DNA of 64,000 nucleotides. It comes from Microcoleus sp. Its GTDB lineage: Bacteria > Cyanobacteriota > Cyanobacteriia > Cyanobacteriales > Microcoleaceae. Within the stretch, counting starts at the first letter, position 1. Every line of letters begins with the position of its first letter. The notes beneath the pieces are model-generated. The model did no database searches, had not been told where the DNA came from, and was given only the letters and a program-made list of their open reading frames with translations. This document shows, piece after piece, positions 30,342-39,630 of the stretch. The translations under genes were made by a program, and so were the position numbers. The DNA lies in contig CP181291.1 of NCBI GenBank assembly GCA_052279835.1, positions 1,344,001 to 1,408,000 of the forward strand, written 5' to 3'.

Positions 30342-31130
30342 ATGAAAAAATCTATCAGAATTGCTAAAACTTTGCTAACTGCCTACTACGCTTATATGCT
30401 AGAATACCGAGCCGAATTGCTGTTGTGGGCGCTGTCGGGAGTTTTGCCGTTTATCTTGATGGGTGTGTGGATGCGGGCGGCACAAACGGGAGAATTTGAG
30501 CTGAAGTCCATTGACTTTGCCCGTTATTTTTTAGCAGCGTTCATTGTGCGACAAACTAATGTCGTTTGGGTGATTTGGGAATTTGAAAAACAAGTAGTAC
30601 AAGGAACTTTATCTAATAAGTTGTTGCAGCCTCTCGATCCAGTATGGCATCACTTTGCCTCTCACGTTTCCGAAAGGTTTGCGCGGCTACCGTTTGTATT
30701 CGGATTAACCCTGATATTTTTTGCGCTTTACCCGCAGTCTTTTTGGTTGCCGAGTGCTGGCAGATTTTTGCTGTTTGTGCTAGTAATTGCATTGGCTTTT
30801 TGCCTGCGATTCCTTATCCAGTATACTTTTGCGCTGTTTGCTTTTTGGTTAGAACGGGCCAGTGCGATCGAACAATTCTGGTTTTTAATTTATCTATTTC
30901 TCTCTGGACTGGTTGCGCCCCTAGAAGTGTTTCCCGCACCAGTGCGCGAAGTAGTTTTGTGGACACCTTTTCCTTATCTAATTCATTTTCCTGCTGCAAT
31001 TTTAATTGGATTACCTGTTGATATAGGGCGCGGTTTTTTGGTAATGTTTGCTTGGGGTGCAGTGTTTTTTGTATGGAATCGCTGGCTGTGGCGACAGGGT
31101 TTGAAACAATATTCGGGAATGGGAGCTTAA
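30342..31130 (+). CDS. ABC-2 type transporter permease (DUF990-like)
   Basis: EYRA, GTLSNKLLQP, LSG..APL..FP and YSGMGA motifs; multiple TM segments. Confidence 0.85.
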   Translation: MKKSIRIAKTLLTAYYAYMLEYRAELLLWALSGVLPFILMGVWMRAAQTGEFELKSIDFARYFLAAFIVRQTNVVWVIWEFEKQVVQGTLSNKLLQPLDPVWHHFASHVSERFARLPFVFGLTLIFFALYPQSFWLPSAGRFLLFVLVIALAFCLRFLIQYTFALFAFWLERASAIEQFWFLIYLFLSGLVAPLEVFPAPVREVVLWTPFPYLIHFPAAILIGLPVDIGRGFLVMFAWGAVFFVWNRWLWRQGLKQYSGMGA

Positions 31131-31277
31131 ATAATAATTAAAAATTGGGAAAAAGTAAGTTTAGTCACCGAAAAAAATATGCGTCTTCATGTCAAAGATA
31201 CTTCCAAGATACCTAGGGATGAGATTATGCAAAAACTCAATATATGTTCTTCAATAATTGCATAATATTTAATATCT

Positions 31278-31293
31278 TGTATCTATAAATACA
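31278..31293 (+). promoter_or_regulatory. NtcA-binding site upstream of nirB
   Basis: TGTA-TCTATAAA-TACA matches the GTA-N8-TAC consensus with the preferred flanking T/A, about 65 nt before the nirB ATG. Confidence 0.7.
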
Positions 31294-31358
31294 AATTGTT
31301 TTTCAAAATTCTTATATCAATAAAATAACGACTGATATAAGGGATTAAATAGATTCTA

Positions 31359-33923
31359 ATGACAGCCAAAAAAAACCTCGTTGTAATCGGCAATGGCATG
31401 GTTGGCCACAAATTCCTAGAGTTAATGGTCAACTTAGATGCTGCGAAATACTGGAATTTAATTACTTTCTGCGAAGAACCTCGCGTCGCCTACGATCGCG
31501 TCAATCTCAGCGGTTTTTTCTCTGGAAAAACAGCGGGAGATTTATCTCTAGTTGAACCAGGATTTTATCAAGAAAATGGCATTCAAATTCACATCGGCGA
31601 CAAAGCAGTTGCGATTAATCGGGAACAAAAAACAGTCTCTTCAGCAAATGGTTTAGAAGTTCCCTACGACAAAATTGTTCTCGCCACTGGTTCCTATCCA
31701 TTTGTACCGCCTATTAAAGGCAAAGAGGCTGAGGGGACTTTTGTTTATCGGACAATTGATGACTTGGAGGCGATGTCAGATTACGCTAAAAATTGCCAGG
31801 TTGGGGTAGTAATCGGTGGCGGTTTATTGGGCTTAGAATGTGCCAATGCTTTGCAAAATATGGGTTTGAAAACTCATGTGGTTGAGTTTGCGCCGCGACT
31901 GATGCCTGTACAGGTTGATGAAGCTGGTGGTGCAATTCTTCGTAACAAAATAGAAGAGTTGGGAGTTTCGGTTCATACCAGTAAGTCTACTACTGAAATT
32001 GTCAGTGAAGATGGCAAAGTTACCAAAATGCTGTTTGCTGATGGTTCGGAATTAGCCACAGATATGATTGTGTTTTCTGCCGGGATTCGCCCCCGCGATG
32101 AAATTGCCAGAGGCTGTGGCATTGAAGTGGGTGAACGGGGTGGTATTGTGATTAACGATCGGTGCCAAACTTCGGATGCTGATATTTATGCGATCGGGGA
32201 ATGTGCGCTTTATGACAATCGGATTTACGGCTTAGTCGCTCCGGGTTATACCATGGCTGGAGTCGCAGCTAATATTTTAAGCAGTTTAGTAGATGACGGC
32301 GCAGATCCCGGTGCCACAAGCACTTTTACTGGTGCGGATATGTCCACAAAACTCAAACTTTTGGGGGTGGATGTTGCTAGTTTTGGAGATGCTTTTGCTA
32401 AGTCTCCTGATGCTAAAGAAATTGTTGTGGCTGACACTTTCCAAGGTGTTTACAAAAAATTAGTCTTGAATCAAGATGGGAGCCGAATTTTAGGTGGAAT
32501 TCTCGTGGGAGATGCTTCTGCTTACGGCACTTTGTTGCAATTTATGCAAAATGAAATTGCTCTGCCTCCCCATCCTGAAGATTTGTTGATGCCGCCACGA
32601 GCAGGCGGAGTCCCTGCTGGTTTGGGAGTGGATAGTTTGCCGGATTCTGCTCAAATTTGTTCTTGCAATAATGTCAGCAAAGGGCAGATTTGTGATGCTA
32701 TTCGCGATCGCAATTTAACTGATGTTGCTAGCGTTAAGAAATGCACCCAAGCAGGTACCGGCTGCGGTGGTTGCGTGCCTCTGGTGACAGACATCTTCAA
32801 GTCTGAGATGAAGAAAGCCGGGGTTGCTGTCAAAAACCACCTCTGCGAGCATTTTGAATATTCTCGCCAAGAATTGTACCATTTAGTGCGCTCTCAGGGG
32901 ATTAAAACCTTTGAAGAGACGATCGCCAAACATGGCAAAGGTAAGGGCTGTGAAATTTGCAAACCTGCTGTTGCTTCCATGCTGGCTTCTACTTGGAACG
33001 AACATATTTTAGAGAAGTCTCATGTTGGTTTGCAAGATACAAATGATTACTTTTTGGCAAATATTCAACGGGATGGTACTTATTCCGTGGTGCCACGGGT
33101 TCCGGGTGGAGAAATTACTCCCGATAAGTTGATTGTTTTGGGAGAAGTTGCCAAGGAATTTGGACTTTATACTAAGATTACTGGCGCGCAACGGATCGAT
33201 TTGTTTGGGGCTCGTGTGGATCAGTTGCCACATATTTGGCATCGGTTGATTGATGCGGGATTTGAGTCTGGACACGCTTATGGTAAGGCTTTGCGGACTG
33301 TAAAATCTTGTGTGGGTAGCACTTGGTGTCGCTTTGGGGTGCAGGATTCTACGAGTTTGGCGATCGAGGTTGAATTGCGCTATCGTGGTTTGCGATCGCC
33401 CCACAAACTAAAATCTGCTGTCTCTGGTTGCACTCGCGAATGTGCGGAAGCTCAAAGCAAGGATTTTGGGATTATTGCCACTGAAAATGGTTGGAATTTG
33501 TACGTGTGTGGCAATGGTGGCATTAAGCCACAGCACGCGGTTTTGCTGGCGACGGATATCGATAAGGAAACTTTGATTAAGTATATCGATCGCTTTTTGA
33601 TTCTCTATATCCGCACTGCCGATCGCCTGGAACGCACCGCTACATGGTTTAATAAACTTGAGGGCGGCATTGAATACTTAAAACAGGTGATTATTGAGGA
33701 TTCTCTGGGTATTTGTGCTGAGTTAGAAGCGCAAATGGAGCATTTAGTGAATACTTATCAATGTGAGTGGAAAACTACCATAGAAGACCCTCACAAGGTG
33801 CAACGATTCCAACATTTTGTAAATTCTGATTTGCCAGATCCGAGTATTGTTCGTGTTGCGGAAAGGGGACAAACACGACCACCTTATGAACATGAAAAGG
33901 CTTTGGTTGGAGTTTCGGAATAA
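31359..33923 (+). CDS. nirB: NAD(P)H-dependent nitrite reductase large subunit
   Basis: GNGMVG FAD site; GGGLLGLE; BFD-like ICSCNNV / GTGCGGC and LCEH / GCEIC; siroheme-[4Fe-4S] motifs KSCVGSTWC and SGCTRECA. Confidence 0.95.
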   Translation: MTAKKNLVVIGNGMVGHKFLELMVNLDAAKYWNLITFCEEPRVAYDRVNLSGFFSGKTAGDLSLVEPGFYQENGIQIHIGDKAVAINREQKTVSSANGLEVPYDKIVLATGSYPFVPPIKGKEAEGTFVYRTIDDLEAMSDYAKNCQVGVVIGGGLLGLECANALQNMGLKTHVVEFAPRLMPVQVDEAGGAILRNKIEELGVSVHTSKSTTEIVSEDGKVTKMLFADGSELATDMIVFSAGIRPRDEIARGCGIEVGERGGIVINDRCQTSDADIYAIGECALYDNRIYGLVAPGYTMAGVAANILSSLVDDGADPGATSTFTGADMSTKLKLLGVDVASFGDAFAKSPDAKEIVVADTFQGVYKKLVLNQDGSRILGGILVGDASAYGTLLQFMQNEIALPPHPEDLLMPPRAGGVPAGLGVDSLPDSAQICSCNNVSKGQICDAIRDRNLTDVASVKKCTQAGTGCGGCVPLVTDIFKSEMKKAGVAVKNHLCEHFEYSRQELYHLVRSQGIKTFEETIAKHGKGKGCEICKPAVASMLASTWNEHILEKSHVGLQDTNDYFLANIQRDGTYSVVPRVPGGEITPDKLIVLGEVAKEFGLYTKITGAQRIDLFGARVDQLPHIWHRLIDAGFESGHAYGKALRTVKSCVGSTWCRFGVQDSTSLAIEVELRYRGLRSPHKLKSAVSGCTRECAEAQSKDFGIIATENGWNLYVCGNGGIKPQHAVLLATDIDKETLIKYIDRFLILYIRTADRLERTATWFNKLEGGIEYLKQVIIEDSLGICAELEAQMEHLVNTYQCEWKTTIEDPHKVQRFQHFVNSDLPDPSIVRVAERGQTRPPYEHEKALVGVSE

Positions 33924-33990
33924 ACCCTCCCCAGCCACTCTTGGCAACGACGGGGGGATTGCCCCTACAGGTGTTTCAGGAATTTGGGCA

Positions 33991-34094
33991 GTCACGGGGG
34001 GCTTCTCCTAGAAGAGAATGAAACACCCTTGCTATAACCCCACTTAATCAGGCAGGGCTGTTTCATTCTCTTCTAGGGGTAGTTCCCCCGTGGC
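33991..34094. repeat. Long inverted repeat (REP/MITE-like) between nirB and nirD
   Basis: Perfect 19-bp arms at 34007-34025 and 34059-34077, outer CACGGGGG/CCCCCGTG arms, and an adjacent REP-like GGGGGGATTGCCCCTAC. Confidence 0.7.
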
Positions 34095-34135
34095 TACCTT
34101 CCCACTAGATTGAAGTAAATTAACAGGAAAAAAAC

Positions 34136-34495
34136 ATGATTCAATCATTATCGGTTCCCGATACAGTCACAACTTGGGTAGATGTATGTTCCCTGGATGC
34201 GATCGCCCCGAATACAGGAGTTTGTGCTTTAGTAGCCGACAAACAAGTGGCGATTTTTCGAGTAGGAAATGGCAATGAACTTTATGCCCTCAGCAATTAC
34301 GATCCGTTTAGCAAGGCTTTTGTGTTGTCGCGGGGACTTGTGGGCGATCGCCAAGGCACTCTCAAAGTTGCTTCTCCCATTTACAAGCACAACTTTAGCC
34401 TAACTACTGGACAATGTTTGGACGATGAAACAGTAAAAATTCCCACTTTTGTGGTTAAAGTTGTAGGCGATCGCGTACAAGTAGCTATTGCCTAG
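34136..34495 (+). CDS. nirD: Nitrite reductase small subunit (Rieske-like)
   Basis: GVCALV..QVAIFR, NYDPFS, LSRGLVGD, VASPIYK and GQCLDD motifs; ACAGGA RBS. Confidence 0.93.
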   Translation: MIQSLSVPDTVTTWVDVCSLDAIAPNTGVCALVADKQVAIFRVGNGNELYALSNYDPFSKAFVLSRGLVGDRQGTLKVASPIYKHNFSLTTGQCLDDETVKIPTFVVKVVGDRVQVAIA

Positions 34496-34520
34496 ATTTT
34501 CCCCTGTGATTATTTGAGCC

Positions 34521-34564
34521 AAATCCGCCACCAGCTCAGACTTTTCTGAATGGTGGCGGATTTT
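34521..34564 (+). terminator. Rho-independent terminator after nirD
   Basis: 13-bp stem AAATCCGCCACCA / TGGTGGCGGATTT with a T-run. Confidence 0.75.
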
Positions 34565-34906
34565 GCATTCAAACGAACACGAACCAGAGGTTTTAGTATA
34601 AAATAGAGGTAATTTGCTCAGTAAAACCCCTTAATTAATACCATTTCCAAAAACAATGCAACAGTAGTGACAGGGTGTTGACTTGATGTCAAAAAGCCCA
34701 CAATATCAACTGTAGCAACTGTTCTGAGAAGGGATATAACTGGGAAATACTGGTTAATTTTATCTAGGAGAATGCCGAAGCTAGAAAGTAGAAATTTTAC
34801 TTAAACTTCTTAAAACATCAACAAAACTAGAAATTTTAATCAGGCAAGGGGGAGTAGATTTCTGATTTTAAAGACAAACAAGTTTCAGGGGGGGGAAAGC
34901 ATCGGT

Positions 34907-36997
34907 ATGTTACAAACCAAGATGGCCACTCAAAAATTCCAGACATCGACTGAGTTAATTAATCTACAATTAAACACAGCTAAACTGAGTTTATCTGAAC
35001 TAAAGTCCCAAATTTTCGATCGTCACTGGCGACAGGAATCTTGGCATGAGATTTTGGTGGAAATAGCAGCCAGCCTCGACCAAGAAACCGCCAGCGAAAT
35101 CCTAGAATATTTAACAGATAAAAACGGTCAGGAGCAAAAGTTTGTCAATTTATTTTTGGCAGCCAAATGTCTCTCCAAAATGGCGGTAAAAGTAAATAAA
35201 AAAACCGAAATTAAACTGTTAAAGGCATTAAAAAAATTATCGCAATATGGCATGGGTTTCCTGATTCTTTATCAAACGGGCCAAGAATTGCAAGAAACAT
35301 ATCAAATTCGTTCCCAAGCGATCGCTGCCATCGCCCAAACTTGGAAAAATGACCCCCAAACTCTGCCCTGGCTGAAAATACTCGCTCACTCCAACGACAG
35401 TGGCGAAATCCGAGCTACCGCCGTCGAAGCCCTAGCCCGCGGTTGGCCAGACAATCCAGAAATTTACCTGATGCTCAAAAACTTAGCCACCTCCGATCCC
35501 AGTTGGGCAGTGCGATCGACCGCAGTCACAGAAATCGCCCTTGGTTGGCCAGACTCCAACGATAGCAGACCGCTGCTGACTAAGCTGGCTCTGTCCGATC
35601 GCAGCCCCGCTGTCCGCACCTGTGCATTGTCTATTTTGGCCCAGAAATGGCACGATCGAACCGACACCTTACTATTACTCAGAAGCATCGCCGACACGGA
35701 CGAAAATTTGGGAGTCCAAGTCGCAGCTTGGCGAGCCATAGCCTCTGCTTGGCGATCGGTTTTAGGCACTTTTTCCCTACTCAAAAACCTCGCCCACACC
35801 GGAAGTTCTACTCTACGAACATTAGCAGTGCAGGAGTTGGCATCCGGTTGGCCCACAGCGCCCGATGTTTGTCTGCTGCTAAAAACCCTAGCTTGTGAGG
35901 ATAGCAGCAAAGAAGTACGGATAGCGGCGATCGCAGAATTGGCCGCCCGCTGGCGGGATGAACCAGAGATTTATCCGCTGCTGAGAACTCTAGGAGAGTC
36001 CGACGAAAGTTCGGCCGTCCGGCTCGCGGCAGTGCAAGCAGTGGCCTCTGGCTGGCCAGACAACCCCGCAACTCTACCTTTTTTGCAAAATCTAGCTAGG
36101 GGCGATCGTGATTCCGAACTGCGAGAAGTAGCCCTACAACAGATAGCCGCAGGTTGGCCAGATAGCCCCGAAACCCTGCCCCTGCTGCAACAAATAGCTG
36201 ATTCCGAAGATTACTGGACTGTGCGGGAGGTAGTGGTGGAAGCCGTGGCTGCACTACCCTCTGGGAGTCTGGAAGTGTTTGTCTGGTTGCAAAATCTCGC
36301 CCAGTCGGACAGACATCTCAACGTCCGAGAAACTGCTGTCAAACAAATAGCCTCTCGCTGGTCTTATTTGGGCGACACCCTACCTTTTTTGAAAAGCCTA
36401 GTGGACTCTGAGCAAGATTCTCACCTGCTGAGTGTGCTGGTGTGTGCGATCGTGGGCGGATGGCCAGATCACTCAGAAACCTTACCTTGGCTGAAACTTC
36501 AGCTTGATTCTGGGGATGCGGTGGTTCGCCAAGCTGCGGTGCAAGAGTTGGCTCGCAATTGGCCGGACAATCCTGAAACTTGGATGCTGTTGGAGGCTAA
36601 AGCAGAGGGCGATGAGAGTCCGGCTGTCAGACAAATGGCTTTGCAAAAGTTAGCGCGCGGTGGGACAGATGAATCGCAGATTTTTCAGTGGCTCCAGATG
36701 AGAGCTCAACATGATGAAGATTCTCAGGTGCGGGCGATCGCCCTGGTAGAGTTGATGCGGGGATGGAAAGACTCGCCGGGAATGTTTGAGTTTTTGCGCG
36801 ATCGCGCCCTGAGCGATCCCTACGGTCAAAAGGGTTCTTTTCCTTACAATCCCCGGTTTACAGCTTTGGAAGCCATTCTCGAACATTATCCCGAAAATTC
36901 CGGTGTTTTGCCTTTGTTGCGATCGCTTGCAGTTTCCGACACCGACGAGCAAGTCCGGGCCTTGGCCAGTCTCCGGCTCAAAAGTGAAGAATGGTAG
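34907..36997 (+). CDS. HEAT (PBS lyase-like) repeat protein
   Basis: About 15 repeats of VRxxAVxxLAxxWxDxPETLxxL; N-terminus resembles the helical region that follows cyanobacterial NACHT domains. Confidence 0.85.
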   Translation: MLQTKMATQKFQTSTELINLQLNTAKLSLSELKSQIFDRHWRQESWHEILVEIAASLDQETASEILEYLTDKNGQEQKFVNLFLAAKCLSKMAVKVNKKTEIKLLKALKKLSQYGMGFLILYQTGQELQETYQIRSQAIAAIAQTWKNDPQTLPWLKILAHSNDSGEIRATAVEALARGWPDNPEIYLMLKNLATSDPSWAVRSTAVTEIALGWPDSNDSRPLLTKLALSDRSPAVRTCALSILAQKWHDRTDTLLLLRSIADTDENLGVQVAAWRAIASAWRSVLGTFSLLKNLAHTGSSTLRTLAVQELASGWPTAPDVCLLLKTLACEDSSKEVRIAAIAELAARWRDEPEIYPLLRTLGESDESSAVRLAAVQAVASGWPDNPATLPFLQNLARGDRDSELREVALQQIAAGWPDSPETLPLLQQIADSEDYWTVREVVVEAVAALPSGSLEVFVWLQNLAQSDRHLNVRETAVKQIASRWSYLGDTLPFLKSLVDSEQDSHLLSVLVCAIVGGWPDHSETLPWLKLQLDSGDAVVRQAAVQELARNWPDNPETWMLLEAKAEGDESPAVRQMALQKLARGGTDESQIFQWLQMRAQHDEDSQVRAIALVELMRGWKDSPGMFEFLRDRALSDPYGQKGSFPYNPRFTALEAILEHYPENSGVLPLLRSLAVSDTDEQVRALASLRLKSEEW

Positions 36998-37016
36998 ACG
37001 GAAGCAATCTTTTATC

Positions 37017-37757
37017 TCAAATCCGGGGCGTGAGTAACCCGGATTTAGCATGAGTAGTCCCCAACTTAAAAAGCTCAAAAAGCTCAAGTTGTTGGCTTGC
37101 TTTATGAGATTTGTAATAAATAAATTCCTTGCTAGTTTTACCTGCAACACCCTTGAGATCTAGTAAAGGCTTGAATGGCAAATAATCTCCGCAATCCCCT
37201 TCGCAAAATATAACTTCTCCCTTCCTATTCTTTGCCCACACTGCCAATTTATTGTAATCAATCAGTTTGCTACCATATCTATAACCTTTACCAGCATTTT
37301 CTTTATAGGGCGGGTCAATAAACCAAGTTGCTTCTATGTCAGGAGCTAGCGTATAATCTCCGCTAATAATTTTCCAATGCTTAACTTTGAAGAGATTTTC
37401 AGCCATATATCGTTTACTAACTGCCCAATTTCTAGCTAAAACAGGAGTTACTTTAATAGTCTTGTAGTGAAAAGCCATTTTCGTAGCAGCATGAATAATG
37501 TGAAGTAACTCGGAACTCTTTTCACCAACTGCTAAATCAGGTAAGGTACTAATTTTTGATGGTGTCGCCTCATCGATCAACCACTGCCAAATTTTAGCAA
37601 CTTCCTCATCTCTCTCAATCAGGATAACTTCCTTCTGCCAATAATTTCCATAGAGTGAATAAGCTGCTGAACCTGCAAACGGTTCTATAATTGCATCAAA
37701 GTTAGGAGCAGGGTAATGTTTGGCTATTTGCTTTTTTCTGCCGTAGTAGTAGAACAT
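37017..37757 (-). CDS. Orphan Dam-like (alpha-class) DNA adenine methyltransferase
   Basis: N-terminal YYGRK, motif I IEPFAGSA and motif IV FIDPPY; AT-rich; no HIP1 site seen. Confidence 0.75.
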   Translation of the reverse strand: MFYYYGRKKQIAKHYPAPNFDAIIEPFAGSAAYSLYGNYWQKEVILIERDEEVAKIWQWLIDEATPSKISTLPDLAVGEKSSELLHIIHAATKMAFHYKTIKVTPVLARNWAVSKRYMAENLFKVKHWKIISGDYTLAPDIEATWFIDPPYKENAGKGYRYGSKLIDYNKLAVWAKNRKGEVIFCEGDCGDYLPFKPLLDLKGVAGKTSKEFIYYKSHKASQQLELFELFKLGTTHAKSGLLTPRI

Positions 37758-37829
37758 TTACTATTTATTTAAGATTTAATATATTTGAAAATTATAGTAA
37801 AAAAATAAACGATTTTTCAAGATGTTTAT

Positions 37830-39581
37830 TCATTCCCATAACAGTGCGATCGCCAACCGTACCGCTTCCCCCATCATCGAACAACGAACTCGATCCGATG
37901 CAGTTTTTTCCCAGTGCAGCAACTGTCCCCGAAAACCAGCATCTTGCTTCGCACGCTGAACTATCGCCTGACAAATCACTTTTTTCTGAATCTGTTCAGT
38001 CGGGATACCTTGCTGCTTCAAATAATCCAACAGTCGCTGTACGCTATCTGTGAATTTATCCGGTGTCTGAGACATCAAAATAAAAGAAATTTGGCGCACC
38101 ATTTTTTGATAGATTTCTTGTCTTCTCTGCAACACATCCTGTGGCGGTGGTGGCGCTGGTGGTGGCGCTGGCGGTGGCGCTGGCGGTGATGACGTAGACT
38201 GCTCATCCCCATTGGTTTGGGCAACGGCCAAGTCTAGCAAACCCAAAATTGCAGTACCCTGAGCTAAAACCTTTTTCAACATATCTGGATAAAGCTCCAA
38301 AATGCGATCGCTCAAAATCTTGCCATTCACCAAACGATTCGCACTCAACCGCAATAAATGCTGCTCCTGTGCCGACTCAAAAAAATGAACATTCAACTTC
38401 AGTTCGTAACTCTCCAACTCCAGACGCATCAACGTAAAAATCAAAGCATTCCAATTAGGAGATTCAGCAAAATAAACCTCAAAAATTGAACTTTCATCTT
38501 GATGTTGCTTCCCAAATTCTCCCAACTCAAAATCCCGATCCACCGGAAAACGATTACCCGGAACTTTCGCAGCATAATCAAACTGATTAAAAACATATCG
38601 GCAGTCAACCTTAGACAAATCAACATCTTGAACTTGCCAATTTTGAATACAACAACCAGTAAGCTGCGCCCCCTCCAGATTCGTCCGAATCAAACGGCAC
38701 TCGATCAAAAAAGCATCTCTTAAATCCGCCTCCGCCAACATCGCATCCATCAAATAAGCGCCACTCAAATCAGCCTTCCGCAAATCAGCATTACGCAAAT
38801 TAGCTTCACTCAAATCAGCCCGCAGCAAATACACTTGTTGCAAGTTAGTTCGCAGCAAATGTGCCTTTTTAAAACTAGCCTTCAACAGATAAGCACCGGA
38901 AAAATTAGCTCTACTCAAATCAGCATTATCCAGCACCGCTTCCGTTAAATCAGCCCCAGCTAGGATAGCCCGGTGCAAGTCAGCTTCACTTAGATTAGCC
39001 GATCGCAGTTGAGCACCGTTGAGATCGGCTTCAATCAAATTTACACCCCTTAATATTGCCGATCGCAAATTCGCTTCAACCAAGTGAGCTTCCCGCAAAT
39101 TAGCACCAGTTAAATTAGCACCAACAAGACTAGCGCGGTTGAGATTTGCCTCCATCAATTCCGCCCCAATTAACTTAGCCCCGTCGAGTTTAGCCCTTTC
39201 CAAATTAATTTGGTCTGATTTCACCTGGCTCAAATCCGCCCCGCCCAAATCCGCCTCTTGTAGCACCACCCAATTCATGTCTGCACCTTCGAGACAACAC
39301 AAACGCAAATCCGCCTTCGCAAAATTTGCGCCACTCAAATTAGACAGACTCAGATTCGCCCCTGTGATTACCGCACTGCGGAGATCCGCGCGCCGTAAAC
39401 AAGCCCCAATTAACTTAGCATTACTCAAATTTGACCAGCTTAAATTAGCACCAGTCAAATTAGCACCAGTCAGGTCTATTTCTTTCAGGTTGACACCGCT
39501 TAAACTAGCACCACTGAAGTCAATGTGAGCAAAGTTCCGCTCTCCCTGTTGATAGCGCTGTAAAAATTCCTGTATTTGCAT
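37830..39581 (-). CDS. Pentapeptide repeat protein with Pro-rich linker and C-terminal helical domain
   Basis: RYQQGERNF start, long A(D/N)LxG-type pentapeptide array, PPAPPPAPPPAPPPP linker. Confidence 0.9.
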   Translation of the reverse strand: MQIQEFLQRYQQGERNFAHIDFSGASLSGVNLKEIDLTGANLTGANLSWSNLSNAKLIGACLRRADLRSAVITGANLSLSNLSGANFAKADLRLCCLEGADMNWVVLQEADLGGADLSQVKSDQINLERAKLDGAKLIGAELMEANLNRASLVGANLTGANLREAHLVEANLRSAILRGVNLIEADLNGAQLRSANLSEADLHRAILAGADLTEAVLDNADLSRANFSGAYLLKASFKKAHLLRTNLQQVYLLRADLSEANLRNADLRKADLSGAYLMDAMLAEADLRDAFLIECRLIRTNLEGAQLTGCCIQNWQVQDVDLSKVDCRYVFNQFDYAAKVPGNRFPVDRDFELGEFGKQHQDESSIFEVYFAESPNWNALIFTLMRLELESYELKLNVHFFESAQEQHLLRLSANRLVNGKILSDRILELYPDMLKKVLAQGTAILGLLDLAVAQTNGDEQSTSSPPAPPPAPPPAPPPPQDVLQRRQEIYQKMVRQISFILMSQTPDKFTDSVQRLLDYLKQQGIPTEQIQKKVICQAIVQRAKQDAGFRGQLLHWEKTASDRVRCSMMGEAVRLAIALLWE

Positions 39582-39630
39582 TCGGCAGATTTGTGGGCTA
39601 GCAATGAAGGCGTTGTATTACCAGCTTTAC

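Noticed and set aside
34638..34737. Degenerate TIR-bounded element upstream of the HEAT gene
   Set aside because: The inverted ends are too mismatched to call without other genomic copies.
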